Source: Pseudomonadota bacterium
Lineage (GTDB): Bacteria > Pseudomonadota > Gammaproteobacteria > Enterobacterales > Alteromonadaceae
Length of the DNA stretch: 64,000 bases
NCBI GenBank assembly: GCA_040752955.1
Contig: JBFMHG010000010.1
Location: 22,096-86,095 of the forward strand
Direction: 5' to 3'
The first letter of the stretch is position 1, and the number at the start of each line of letters is the position of its first letter. The notes below the pieces were generated by a model. That model was given only the letters and a program-made list of their open reading frames with translations. It ran no database searches and was not told where the DNA came from. Positions 22,220 through 37,030 of this stretch are shown in pieces. The position numbers and the translations under genes were made by a program.

Positions 22220-22436
22220 TTGATGCTTGGATGACAAGTTTGGTGTTTTAATTATAGAGAAAATTGCACTTAACCTTATTATCAGTTCTCTCAATCCGAA
22301 CAAGAGCTTGACAGTGTTGTTGATTTGGGGAATTCTGGCGTTTTATTCGATAGGTCTTGCAGTGTTCATTTGGCGCTGGTTACTTTTTTATGAATTTTCT
22401 CATTTTGTGTGCTTAAACTTTTCTCAGGGATAGTAA

Positions 22437-23179
22437 ATGGTAATTAATTCGGTCCAAGAGTTGCTTGAGCAACTTGAAAAAATTCAAAAAGGCCAATCTC
22501 AGACAATTTGGTATCGAGGGCAAGCTTCAAAGGATTGGCCTCTTATTCCATATTATATGAGGTTGGATGGACGACAATCCGAATCAACATTATTAAAGCG
22601 GTTCAAGCAAAGCGCTGCAATGCTAATAGACACCAATCCTAAAGGCTCATTTGATTGGTTGTTTCTTATGCAGCATTATGGTGTGCCGACGCGTTTACTG
22701 GACTGGACTGGAGTGAGAGTCCTCTTGTTGCGCTTTACTTTGCTGTCGAAAACTTAGAGAAGCATGGACATCAAGACGGGGCATTATGGTTACTTTATCC
22801 ATCTCAATTAAATAAAAATGCGCGGATTAATAACAAAGAAGAGGAAGGTTTTATTCCGTCTTTTGACGATGAAGAGCTAGAAAGTTATTCCGTTGAAAGC
22901 TTAAAAAGTAATTCCCGAATTCAATTGCTTCCAGTCGCAACAATTGCAACGAGAAATAACGCTAGGATACAAGCTCAGTTGGGCGTTTTCACAATTCATC
23001 ACCATGAAAATATTCCTATCGAAGATGTTGGCGACAAGAGTCACACTATAAAATTTGAGATACCGGCTTCAGCAAAAGAAAGTATTAAAAATCAATTGGC
23101 ACTTCTAGGTTTTACTAAGTTTCAGCTATTCCCAGAACTATCAAGTATTGGGGACATTATCAAGGAGGGCGTGAGATGA
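22437..23179 (+). pseudogene. FRG-domain protein, frameshifted by one extra ACTGG unit
   Basis: WYRGQ and QHYGVPTRLLDW in ORF 22437-22757; SESPLVALYFA...RIQAQLGVFT...LFPEL in ORF 22655-23179; (ACTGG)3 at 22697-22711; removing 5 bp gives one 245-aa ORF. Confidence 0.85.
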
Positions 23180-24249
23180 GTTACATAGAAACCTCCCCAT
23201 TAAAAAATACGACGACGATGCTCATATATGCGGAAAAGTCAGAGATAAAGCTTGATCCTCCCTATCAGCGGATGGGGGATGTTTGGCCGTTGGAAAAGAG
23301 GCAATTATTGATTGATTCCATTCTTAACGACTATGACATTCCGAAAATCTATTTTCATATTTATGACAGAGATAAAAAGTCTCAGACTGGCTTTTCATAC
23401 TCGGTTATAGATGGGAGACAAAGGCTAGAAACCATATGGAAGTTTATTGAGGGTGAATTTACCCTTTCCGATGATTTTGAGTATCAAAGAGACCCAAGTA
23501 TTAGGTTGTCTGGCTTGAGTTATGAAGATATCGCAAAGCAATATCCTCGAATTCGTATTCAGTTTGATTCATTTGTTCTTCCTATAGTAGGGGTGGGTAC
23601 AGATGATGAAGATTTAATCGAGGATATGTTTTCACGCTTGAATGAGGCGGTGCCGCTTAACGCTGCAGAAAAGAGAAATGCACTTGGGGGCGCAGTAGTT
23701 CAGGCTATCAGAAGTATTGCCCAACATTGTTTTTTTACGAGTCGAGTAAAGTTCAGAAATAACCGGTATCAGCATATGGAGGTAGCAGGTAGGATTCTCG
23801 CCACTGAGTACAGTCTTTTTACTACTAAAAAACTTATAGATACGAAAAAGGCGCATCTAGATAGTTTTGTCAAAAAGAACCAGGTGGAAACTCAGGAGCT
23901 ACATATCTCCTATAACTCTTCTATTGGGGTGTTAGATTTTATGGCTGAGTTGTTTGTACACTCTGATGATTTACTTAGAGCTCAAGGAAACATGGTTTTA
24001 TACTATTTGCTTTTCAAGAGAGCCTTGGAATTAGGCGAGGAATCAAAGATTACAAGGAGAGCATTATTAGATTTCCGAGAAAAGCTATATGAAAATAGAA
24101 GAATAGCTGAAAGCGATTACTCTGAATCGAGTTTTGAGCTGTTGGAATACGATAGGCTATCACAGCAGGGTACTAATGATGCCTCTAATATTCGAGAGCG
24201 CTTTAGGACTTTAGCTAGTGAAATTGGGCTTAGCCAAATCGAAATATAG
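23176..24249 (+). CDS. DUF262 (ParB/Srx-like, GmrS/SspE N-terminal-type) domain protein
   Basis: PPYQR..W, LIDSIL, IDGRQRL, F.RLN..VPLN..E motifs; ATGA overlap with FRG stop. Confidence 0.88.
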   Translation: MSYIETSPLKNTTTMLIYAEKSEIKLDPPYQRMGDVWPLEKRQLLIDSILNDYDIPKIYFHIYDRDKKSQTGFSYSVIDGRQRLETIWKFIEGEFTLSDDFEYQRDPSIRLSGLSYEDIAKQYPRIRIQFDSFVLPIVGVGTDDEDLIEDMFSRLNEAVPLNAAEKRNALGGAVVQAIRSIAQHCFFTSRVKFRNNRYQHMEVAGRILATEYSLFTTKKLIDTKKAHLDSFVKKNQVETQELHISYNSSIGVLDFMAELFVHSDDLLRAQGNMVLYYLLFKRALELGEESKITRRALLDFREKLYENRRIAESDYSESSFELLEYDRLSQQGTNDASNIRERFRTLASEIGLSQIEI

Positions 24250-24587
24250 TACTCTTTTGGCAAACTAGAGGTGCGAGAAGTGAAGCACCAACAGTGGCAG
24301 TGTCTTTTACTTTTGTTAGTCGGCGAACTGTAAAATTTCTGTGTAATTGGCTGTTTATCATAACGATATGCGGCCACATTACATGGTAATAAACTGCATC
24401 ATGGCAGGCTTCCAATCTATCAAAGAAAAAGAACATGGTGGCGTAGCTAATTAAAATCGCAACGGCCAACAATACCTCAGGGTCAGGTCTTGCTTTTTGC
24501 CTTTGCTGTCCGGGCGTATGCGCTGATATTAAAGTTTTGCTGTTATTATCTGTCTGAACAGCCTGGCTTTACCGGAGATTTTAAAAA

Positions 24588-24962
24588 GTGCAAGACGCCA
24601 CCATTAAACAGCAAATAATTGAACTGGAACAGTTATTGGTGCAGCCAGCTACGCGCTTGTCTGCCGAGCTGCTTAACCGCTATTTAGCCGATGATTTCTA
24701 TGAAATTGGTGCCAGTGGCCGCTGTTTTGGTAAAGCTGATGTGTTGGAGCGTTTACCAACTGAAACGCCGCCGGTGATTACCCAACAAGATTTCGACTGT
24801 CGTGTGTTGGCCGATGGCCTGGCGCAGCTGACGTATCGCGCCACTATACAGCGGGAGGGTGACGATACAGTAGCGTATTCGATACGCAGCTCAATCTACC
24901 GTTTTGATGGTGAAAACTGGCAGATGATTTTTCACCAGGGCACAGCGTGCGAGCCGTTCTGA
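24588..24962 (+). CDS. DUF4440 / NTF2-like protein
   Basis: LADDFYEIGASG and RSSIY...WQMIFHQGT motifs; GTG after GGAG. Confidence 0.85.
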   Translation: MQDATIKQQIIELEQLLVQPATRLSAELLNRYLADDFYEIGASGRCFGKADVLERLPTETPPVITQQDFDCRVLADGLAQLTYRATIQREGDDTVAYSIRSSIYRFDGENWQMIFHQGTACEPF

Positions 24963-25039
24963 AGCAAGATAGCAATGACTCTGACCTCATAAGTGGTGTG
25001 GTAACTAACTCCAGCTAAACCTTACTTAAGCTGCTTGTG

Positions 25040-25930
25040 CTAATTGAAGATTTGGTTAAAGCCGCGCAGCCCCTGCTGCAGCGTGCGCTGTATATTATCG
25101 GTAGTGTCGCGTTCAACAAAGGCATGTTGTAAGCCCGCCACGCTGGCGGCTTTAACCACTGCGGTAAAATCTATGCTGCCAGTACCAAGGTCGGCAAAAT
25201 TGCCATCAGCGGCCATATCTTTGAGATGCCACAGCGGAAAACGCCCCGGATAGCGGTTAAACAGCGCTGGTACATCTATCTGCATTTTGGCGGCCCAATA
25301 CAGATCTATTTCCATTTTTACTAATGTTGCGTCGGTTTGCGTTAGCAATATCTCATAAGGCGTAGTGTTATCAATAACGGCAAATTCAAAATCATGGTTA
25401 TGGTAAGCCAGTTGCAACCCTACCGCCTGACAGCGCTCGCCTACACGGTTTAGTTGCTCTGCCAGTTGCTGGTAACTGCGTAAGCCATCATTACGCTCAT
25501 GCTCGAATAAATACGGCATCACCAGATAACGATGTCCCAAGGCTAAAGCCTCATCCAGCACCCGGTTGGAATCTGTCAGCATCGGCTGTAACATCACATG
25601 CCCTGCCGGAGCAGACAAGCCATATTCAGCCAGCCAGCTCGCAACCGCTGTGGCGGAGTGTTCAAACAAGCCGGCAAATTCCACTTCCTGATAACCTAAA
25701 CCGGCCAATAACCGCAAGGTGGCGGCTAGATCCTGCTGCATTAACTGCCGCACCGTATAAAGCTGTAAACCCGGTTTAATGCCGCCAGCGGCAAAAACCA
25801 GTTTGCTGCCAAACAGCGAGCTTAACACCAGGCCACTGCCTGCCAGCAACTTCAGCAGATGACGGCGCTGGTAATCAACACTGGTGCCCGACAGCGAATC
25901 AGCGCCAGCTTGTTGTATGTGGTTTTTCAC
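25040..25930 (-). CDS. Tat-exported sugar phosphate isomerase/epimerase-like TIM barrel
   Basis: QRRHLLK twin-arginine signal; GLQLYTVR, YHNHDFEF, EIDLYW, HLKD, FVERD metal motifs; likely GTG 25930. Confidence 0.85.
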   Translation of the reverse strand: MKNHIQQAGADSLSGTSVDYQRRHLLKLLAGSGLVLSSLFGSKLVFAAGGIKPGLQLYTVRQLMQQDLAATLRLLAGLGYQEVEFAGLFEHSATAVASWLAEYGLSAPAGHVMLQPMLTDSNRVLDEALALGHRYLVMPYLFEHERNDGLRSYQQLAEQLNRVGERCQAVGLQLAYHNHDFEFAVIDNTTPYEILLTQTDATLVKMEIDLYWAAKMQIDVPALFNRYPGRFPLWHLKDMAADGNFADLGTGSIDFTAVVKAASVAGLQHAFVERDTTDNIQRTLQQGLRGFNQIFN

Positions 25931-26103
25931 CTTATCCCCTGCTGACAAGTTAAATAAGCATAGTTGCACCGCCCGGCTAAAGGTGCAATAGCCAAACCGG
26001 CACGGTAGTTGTTTTTATGGGGATTACACATGTAGTGCCTGGACAATGACTACTGAGTCAGATCTTGCCTCTTAGTTTTGGCCAAAACCACATGTTTCAG
26101 CCT

Positions 26104-27114
26104 TTAGATTTGCTTTAACAGCTTCTGGCTTTGTTGCCGGATATGTTTAAAAGTACTCTGCTTACTCAATGTGGTCAGCGTCAACTTGGCCGCAGCGGTT
26201 TCACCCTGCAAAATCTGCAGCCGGCTTTGTAATAACATAGCTTGCTCAGCCTCGTGTAAATCAGTATTACTTTGCTGAAACTGGCGTAAAAACTCAGCGC
26301 CATCTGCCAGCTGTAACTGATTCTCGATGGCCGCGCTGGCAAAGCCTAGTAACGCCTTTAGCCGAATAGCTGCTGTTTGCTCATCATCTGGCGTTGCGTG
26401 CTGAATGGCTAAACGAAAATCAGCCAACGCCTCGTCAAACTTTTGCTGTTCAAGATAAAACTTTGCCCGGGTTAAGTAAGGTTCAGGCCTGCTGCTTAAC
26501 GCTTCAGACTGTACCAGCAACTGGTTAAATTCTGCCGGCTTATTTTGCGCAGCGAGAATATCAAACAGCAAAATATCTGCCTGCAGCGGGTTAAATGCTT
26601 TTAATGCTTCGGTTAGTTCTAACGCTCGCTCCAGACGACCGCCCATAACAGAGGGTAAGGTGACATGAAGCATCGCCAGCCGTTCGATTACTTCCACATC
26701 TGTGGGAGTAAGTTCAAGTACAGTTTCCAACTCGGCCATGCAGCTTTTTATTGCACCTCTGACAGTAAAAATACCGGCCTCAGCGATTTGTAAGCACACT
26801 GTTTTGGCATACCATTTTTGGAATTCTGCATTATCGTTATCCAGACTAACCGCTTTGGACAAGTTCTTCGCTGCAGGCTTGAGTAAACTCATATCTTTAG
26901 TTTGCAGCGCCTGTTTTGCCAGGGTATAACCCAGCAGGGCTAATGCCTCTGTATCAGTCGGTTTTTGTTTGGCTAACGGTGTTAAGTATCTTACTGCTTC
27001 GGTTAGCTGCTCGTCTTGCCAGTACTTTTCAACTTGTTGTCTAACGGTTGTGGCATAGCTTGAAAAACTGACCAGAACAGCAAGCAAACCTAAAAATTGT
27101 TTCATCTTGTACAA
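26104..27114 (-). CDS. Secreted tetratricopeptide-repeat protein
   Basis: Signal peptide; helical TPR-like repeats; LPSVMGG motif. Confidence 0.7.
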   Translation of the reverse strand: MYKMKQFLGLLAVLVSFSSYATTVRQQVEKYWQDEQLTEAVRYLTPLAKQKPTDTEALALLGYTLAKQALQTKDMSLLKPAAKNLSKAVSLDNDNAEFQKWYAKTVCLQIAEAGIFTVRGAIKSCMAELETVLELTPTDVEVIERLAMLHVTLPSVMGGRLERALELTEALKAFNPLQADILLFDILAAQNKPAEFNQLLVQSEALSSRPEPYLTRAKFYLEQQKFDEALADFRLAIQHATPDDEQTAAIRLKALLGFASAAIENQLQLADGAEFLRQFQQSNTDLHEAEQAMLLQSRLQILQGETAAAKLTLTTLSKQSTFKHIRQQSQKLLKQI

Positions 27115-27246
27115 TTCTTGAAGAATTAATGGTGGGCAGTTTAGATGAGGCTGGCACTAAATCACACTATGAAAATGTAACAAAATACTAGCAATAACAG
27201 CCAACTACAGCCGCGCCGAGTTTATAACAGGGTTAAATAATATGCT

Positions 27247-27729
27247 TTACAATAACGACTTAGTCGCTACTAACACGCCATTATTATCGGCATAAACAAA
27301 CTGGCCGGGGATAAAATCGACCCCGGCGAAGGTTACCGTTACATTGATATCGCCCAAGTCGCGTTTGTCGGTTTTCATCGGGTGAATACCCAGCGCCTGC
27401 ACACCTAGCGGCGTTTGGCGTATCTCGTCAATATCACGAATACAGCCGTTGATAATAATGCCTTCCCAGCCGTTTTTCGCTGCTTGCTCGGCCAGCATAT
27501 CGCCCAAAAGCGCATGGCGCTTAGAGCCGCCGCCGTCTACCACTAACACCTTACCCGGGCCTGGTGTGGCAACCAGCTGCTTAACCTTGGAGTTATCTTC
27601 AAAGCATTTCACGGTAACAATTTGCCCGCCAAAGGCGGTTTTGCCACCATAGTTTTGAAACATGGGCTCGGCTACGCGGATGCAGTCGGCGTGGGCGTCG
27701 CAGAGGTCGGGTAGGGTGAAGTGGGGCAT
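27247..27729 (-). CDS. rraA: RraA family protein (RNase E regulator / HMG aldolase-like)
   Basis: [30 protein letters not shown]; true start at 27729 after AGGAAG. Confidence 0.9.
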   Translation of the reverse strand: MPHFTLPDLCDAHADCIRVAEPMFQNYGGKTAFGGQIVTVKCFEDNSKVKQLVATPGPGKVLVVDGGGSKRHALLGDMLAEQAAKNGWEGIIINGCIRDIDEIRQTPLGVQALGIHPMKTDKRDLGDINVTVTFAGVDFIPGQFVYADNNGVLVATKSLL

Positions 27730-27786
27730 GTTGTTCTTCCTTGTATTGAGGCTATGCAGGTTTGACTTAGGTGTATGGCTCGAACC

Positions 27787-27874
27787 GGTTTGCCCACGCC
27801 AACACGTCGTGAACCCATCCATGGGGACTCCTCTATGCCCGTCCAGGGCATAGACGGTTGGCTTAGGGCAAACC
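27787..27874. repeat. Structured palindromic intergenic element (REP-like)
   Basis: Outer arms GGTTTGCCCACGCCAAC / GTTGGCTTAGGGCAAACC enclose CCCATCCATGGG and TCTATGCCC-gtcca-GGGCATAGA hairpins. Confidence 0.65.
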
Positions 27875-27958
27875 TAATCTCGCTTATAAAGTTACCAGCT
27901 GCGGATGGTAACAGCCGGTTCGGGCATTTCGCTTAAACCAGCAGTTTAATCTGACTGC

Positions 27959-33848
<5,890 letters not shown>

Positions 33849-33870
33849 GACTCACCTCCAAACTTGTCCT

Positions 33871-33909
33871 GATAAATAAATATGTATTATTTTTGAATTA
33901 TTATTCTTA
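33871..33909. promoter_or_regulatory. Tandem ARG boxes (ArgR operator) upstream of gltB
   Basis: Cores TAAATAAATATGTA (33873-33886, 12/14) and TGAATTATTATTCT (33894-33907, 13/14) vs TGMATWWWWATKCA; canonical 18+3+18 spacing. Confidence 0.7.
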
Positions 33910-34162
33910 TTGTTGGTTTTTGCTGCTGCTGAAAGAAAATAACGGTTACTCTTTCAGAGGTCAATGCGTTGTAGAGTATTTGCTCTTAAAATGTTTAGCC
34001 ATCTAAACGTTCAAGAGCGTACAGGTATACCGCGACTTGCAGAAAAAAGCAAGCTGACTTTGTAGTGCCTGGCCGGTGAAATAACGCAGAAAGCGCAGTT
34101 TTGAAATTGAAAATTAATTACATGAATTGGCGATATTTTTGCCATTAATAGCAGTTGGCACA

Positions 34163-34193
34163 ATAAAAAAAGCTGCCGTGGCAGCTTTTTTAT
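34163..34193. terminator. Intrinsic terminator after iadA
   Basis: AAAAAAGCTGCC-gt-GGCAGCTTTTTT. Confidence 0.8.
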
Positions 34194-34261
34194 CAAGGGT
34201 GTTATGGCAAAAGGCGCCATATTTATGCGAATTATTGTTATTTGTGCTGGGCTATTTGACG

Positions 34262-35443
34262 TTAGCGCTCAAAGGTGCCTTTTACCAGCGCTTTGCCGTG
34301 TTGCACCAGCATTTTGCCTTTTGCTATTACGCTATCAATAGCTAAGTCATCACGGCGCAGCAACACCAGATCGGCATCTAACTGCGGCGCTAAACGGCCT
34401 TTTTGCTTTAAGCCCAGCACTGCAGCAGGGGCTGCGGTAATGCTGCAAATAGCATCGGATAGCGCCACCTTGTGCGTTAATACGGCTTCACGTGCGCTTT
34501 GATACAGGCTTTGCACACTGCCTACCTGCAAGCCTAACAGCTCGCCTTCGTCGTTGTAGATTGGCAGGCTGGCATTACCATCTGAGCTAAGTGTTAATTG
34601 CATCGGCTTGATGCCAAAGGTTAAGGCTTCAGCAAGTGCCGCCGCAGCAGCGACTTCGCCATGTTTTAAGTCAAAGTCGGTGGTGCTGGTGGTAAAGTCA
34701 ATTACGCCGCCTTTAGTGGCAAACTCGAGGCCGGCTTCAAATACCCGGCGGTTGCGGTTCATATGGGTAGGGTAGAACTGCTTTAGTTTCAGCTCGGTAC
34801 CGGCTACTGCCTGATATATCGGCTGTAAAATACGCTCACCGGCGCCCATATGCACACTGACCACACCGCTTTTACCGGATAAAATGCCGCCGACCCGGGC
34901 AGCCGCGGCCACTTTACGAATTTCATCGGTGGTTGGCTGTGATGAGCGGTGATCGCTGATGGCAATTTCACCGACACCGATAAACTTATCAATCAGGATC
35001 AAATCATCAGTGATATTGCCGGTCAGGGTGCGACAGGGGATCTCATAAGAGCCGGTATGACAATAGGTGCTGATGCCTTCGGTTTCCAGCGCATGGGCTT
35101 TGGCCAGCAGGTTGGTTAAGGTGCGGGTGGTGGCGTCGGTGCCCAGTACACCAATAGCCGTAGTGACGCCGCCTAAGGTGGCATCGGTCAGTTGCATTTC
35201 CGGGGTACGGGTGGCAAAACCGCCTTCGCCGCCACCACCGATAAAATGCACCAGAGAATCGACAAAGCCCGGTGTCAGGTAATAGCCGCTGCCGTCTATT
35301 ACCGTTACCGGCAGGTTGGCACCTGCCAGATTAAAATCTTCACCAATAGCGGCGATGGTATTACCTGCAAGTACTACGTCTTTTTTACCGATACTGTGCG
35401 GGGCCAGCAGTTCGGCATTTTTTATTAAAATAATATTGTTCAA
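34262..35443 (-). CDS. iadA: Isoaspartyl dipeptidase (beta-aspartyl peptidase)
   Basis: GGGGEGGFATRTPE, TGSY, AISDHRSS, PTHMNR, SSDGNASLP; TTG 35443 after GAGG gives 393 aa (track start overlaps yfcC). Confidence 0.93.
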   Translation of the reverse strand: MNNIILIKNAELLAPHSIGKKDVVLAGNTIAAIGEDFNLAGANLPVTVIDGSGYYLTPGFVDSLVHFIGGGGEGGFATRTPEMQLTDATLGGVTTAIGVLGTDATTRTLTNLLAKAHALETEGISTYCHTGSYEIPCRTLTGNITDDLILIDKFIGVGEIAISDHRSSQPTTDEIRKVAAAARVGGILSGKSGVVSVHMGAGERILQPIYQAVAGTELKLKQFYPTHMNRNRRVFEAGLEFATKGGVIDFTTSTTDFDLKHGEVAAAAALAEALTFGIKPMQLTLSSDGNASLPIYNDEGELLGLQVGSVQSLYQSAREAVLTHKVALSDAICSITAAPAAVLGLKQKGRLAPQLDADLVLLRRDDLAIDSVIAKGKMLVQHGKALVKGTFER

Positions 35444-35472
35444 AATAATAACCTCAAACAGCGCACAGGCTG

Positions 35473-36957
35473 TTATTGATATGCAATAGCAACGGCGATA
35501 AACATAAAGCAACTTGCCAGCGCAAACAGACACAGCTGTAGTTTCCAGACAAAGCGCAGCCAGACTGTCCAATCTACCCGCACCACACCCAAACAGCCGA
35601 TTAATGCGGCAGAGGTCGGAATAATGCAGTTAGTTAAACCATCACCGAGCTGAAACGCTAATACCGCAATCTGACGGGAAAGTCCGACTAAATCGGCCAG
35701 CGGGGCAATAAGTGGCATCGTCAGTGCCGCCTGACCTGAACCGGAGGCAACAAAGAAATTAATGACTGATTGGATCACCAGCATAAGCCAGGCCGATAAA
35801 TAGGCCGGCAAGCCATCCAGTGCCTGGCCGCTGTAGTAAAGCAATGTATTTAGCACCGACGGCGACTCGGCATTGTCGCCACCAAGCAATAGCACTATAC
35901 CTTTGGCCATACCAACTATCAGTGCTGCAGGTAATAATTCGGCTGCACCGTGTTTAAAGCCATCTGCGGCGTCGTTCATGCTAAAACGCTTACCAATTAC
36001 CGCAATAACCGCTATTACCACGCCGATAGTAAAAAACTGGCTGGCAATTTCCGGAATGTAGTACTGGCGTACTGTTACGCCCCAGATGATCCAAATTAAG
36101 CCGGCAAAGAACGCCAGCAGGATGATCGAGTCCAGGCCGTTGTACTGGTTTTTCGCACTTTCGCTTTGCTCTGAACGCAGCTTTTGATCGCTGGCAAAAC
36201 TGAGTGACAGCTCTGGCTGGGCTTTAATTTTGGCGGCATATCGCATGGTAAAAATAATGCCAAACAGGGTAAATACCGACCACATGACAATACGTAGCTC
36301 TTGACCAGACATCAGCGGGATTTCTGCTATACCCTGGGCGATAGAGACATTAAAGGGGTTCATCCAGGAGGTAGCAAAACCGATTTGGGTGGCGACATAG
36401 GTTACCAGTACCGTGGTAATGGCATCGTAGCCCAGTGCTAACATCAGTGGCAGTAGCACGATACAAAAGGCAATCGCCTCTTCGCCCATACCAAACACAG
36501 CGCCGCCTAAAGAGAACAGGCCAAACATCAACGGAATAAACAAAAATTCCATGCGTTTGGTTTTGTCTATCAAGGCCAGAATGCCGTTATGAATAGCGCC
36601 GGTTTTCATAATGATGCCAAAGGCACCACCGGTAAGCAGAATAAAAGCAATAACGCCAACAGCCGAGCCCCATTTATCCCCGGATACCAGGCCTTCAAAG
36701 GCATAGTTAAAAAAACCGATACCGCCACCTTCAGCAAACAGCGGCGCACCTTGCTCAGCGTCATGGTGCAGCGTAAAGCTGTTGGGGTCGATTTTACTTT
36801 TCAGTTTGGCGGCACCCTCAGCCACCGGTGCCGGCTCCAGCTCAGCAAAAGAGCCGGCAGGCACCAGATGCGATGCGATTGCGGCCAGTATCATGACAAA
36901 AAACAGAATGATAAAGGCATCCGGCATTGATACCGGTTGTCTTACTTGATTAGCCAT
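35473..36957 (-). CDS. yfcC: YfcC-family putative basic amino acid/dipeptide transporter
   Basis: GAVFGMGEEAIAF, SWMNPF, SGSGQAALTMP, AFQLGDG motifs. Confidence 0.9.
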   Translation of the reverse strand: MANQVRQPVSMPDAFIILFFVMILAAIASHLVPAGSFAELEPAPVAEGAAKLKSKIDPNSFTLHHDAEQGAPLFAEGGGIGFFNYAFEGLVSGDKWGSAVGVIAFILLTGGAFGIIMKTGAIHNGILALIDKTKRMEFLFIPLMFGLFSLGGAVFGMGEEAIAFCIVLLPLMLALGYDAITTVLVTYVATQIGFATSWMNPFNVSIAQGIAEIPLMSGQELRIVMWSVFTLFGIIFTMRYAAKIKAQPELSLSFASDQKLRSEQSESAKNQYNGLDSIILLAFFAGLIWIIWGVTVRQYYIPEIASQFFTIGVVIAVIAVIGKRFSMNDAADGFKHGAAELLPAALIVGMAKGIVLLLGGDNAESPSVLNTLLYYSGQALDGLPAYLSAWLMLVIQSVINFFVASGSGQAALTMPLIAPLADLVGLSRQIAVLAFQLGDGLTNCIIPTSAALIGCLGVVRVDWTVWLRFVWKLQLCLFALASCFMFIAVAIAYQ

Positions 36958-36988
36958 AGTGTAAACCTTGTCGTAGCCGATAAAGGTA

Positions 36989-37021
36989 AGCGGGCATAAG
37001 TGTTATCTACTTAGGCCCGCT
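36989..37021 (-). other. Intercistronic stem-loop between TonB receptor and yfcC
   Basis: AGCGGGCATAAGT...ACTTAGGCCCGCT stem without a proper U-tract. Confidence 0.55.
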
Positions 37022-37030
37022 CGGTACTAA

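Larger units (their letters stand above)
22107..24501. mobile_element. AT-rich accessory cassette bounded by 22-bp inverted repeats, no transposase
   Basis: Left 22107-22128 GGCAAAAGACAAGAACTGACCC; reverse complement of right 24480-24501 is GGCAAAAAGCAAGACCTGACCC (19/22); interior visibly more AT-rich than flanks. Confidence 0.6.

Noticed and set aside
22227-22433. 68-aa hydrophobic ORF upstream of the FRG gene
   Set aside because: TTG start without a clear RBS, T-rich promoter-like DNA and no recognisable motif; a small membrane component cannot be fully excluded
24117-24472. Short minus-strand ORFs at the right end of the cassette
   Set aside because: Overlap the DUF262 gene end and show no motifs; at most a decayed fragment
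27730-27822. N-terminal extension of rraA
   Set aside because: Runs through the palindromic repeat; real start is at 27729
35444-35572. N-terminal extension of iadA overlapping yfcC
   Set aside because: ORF-caller artefact; TTG at 35443 with GAGG RBS gives a normal-length IadA
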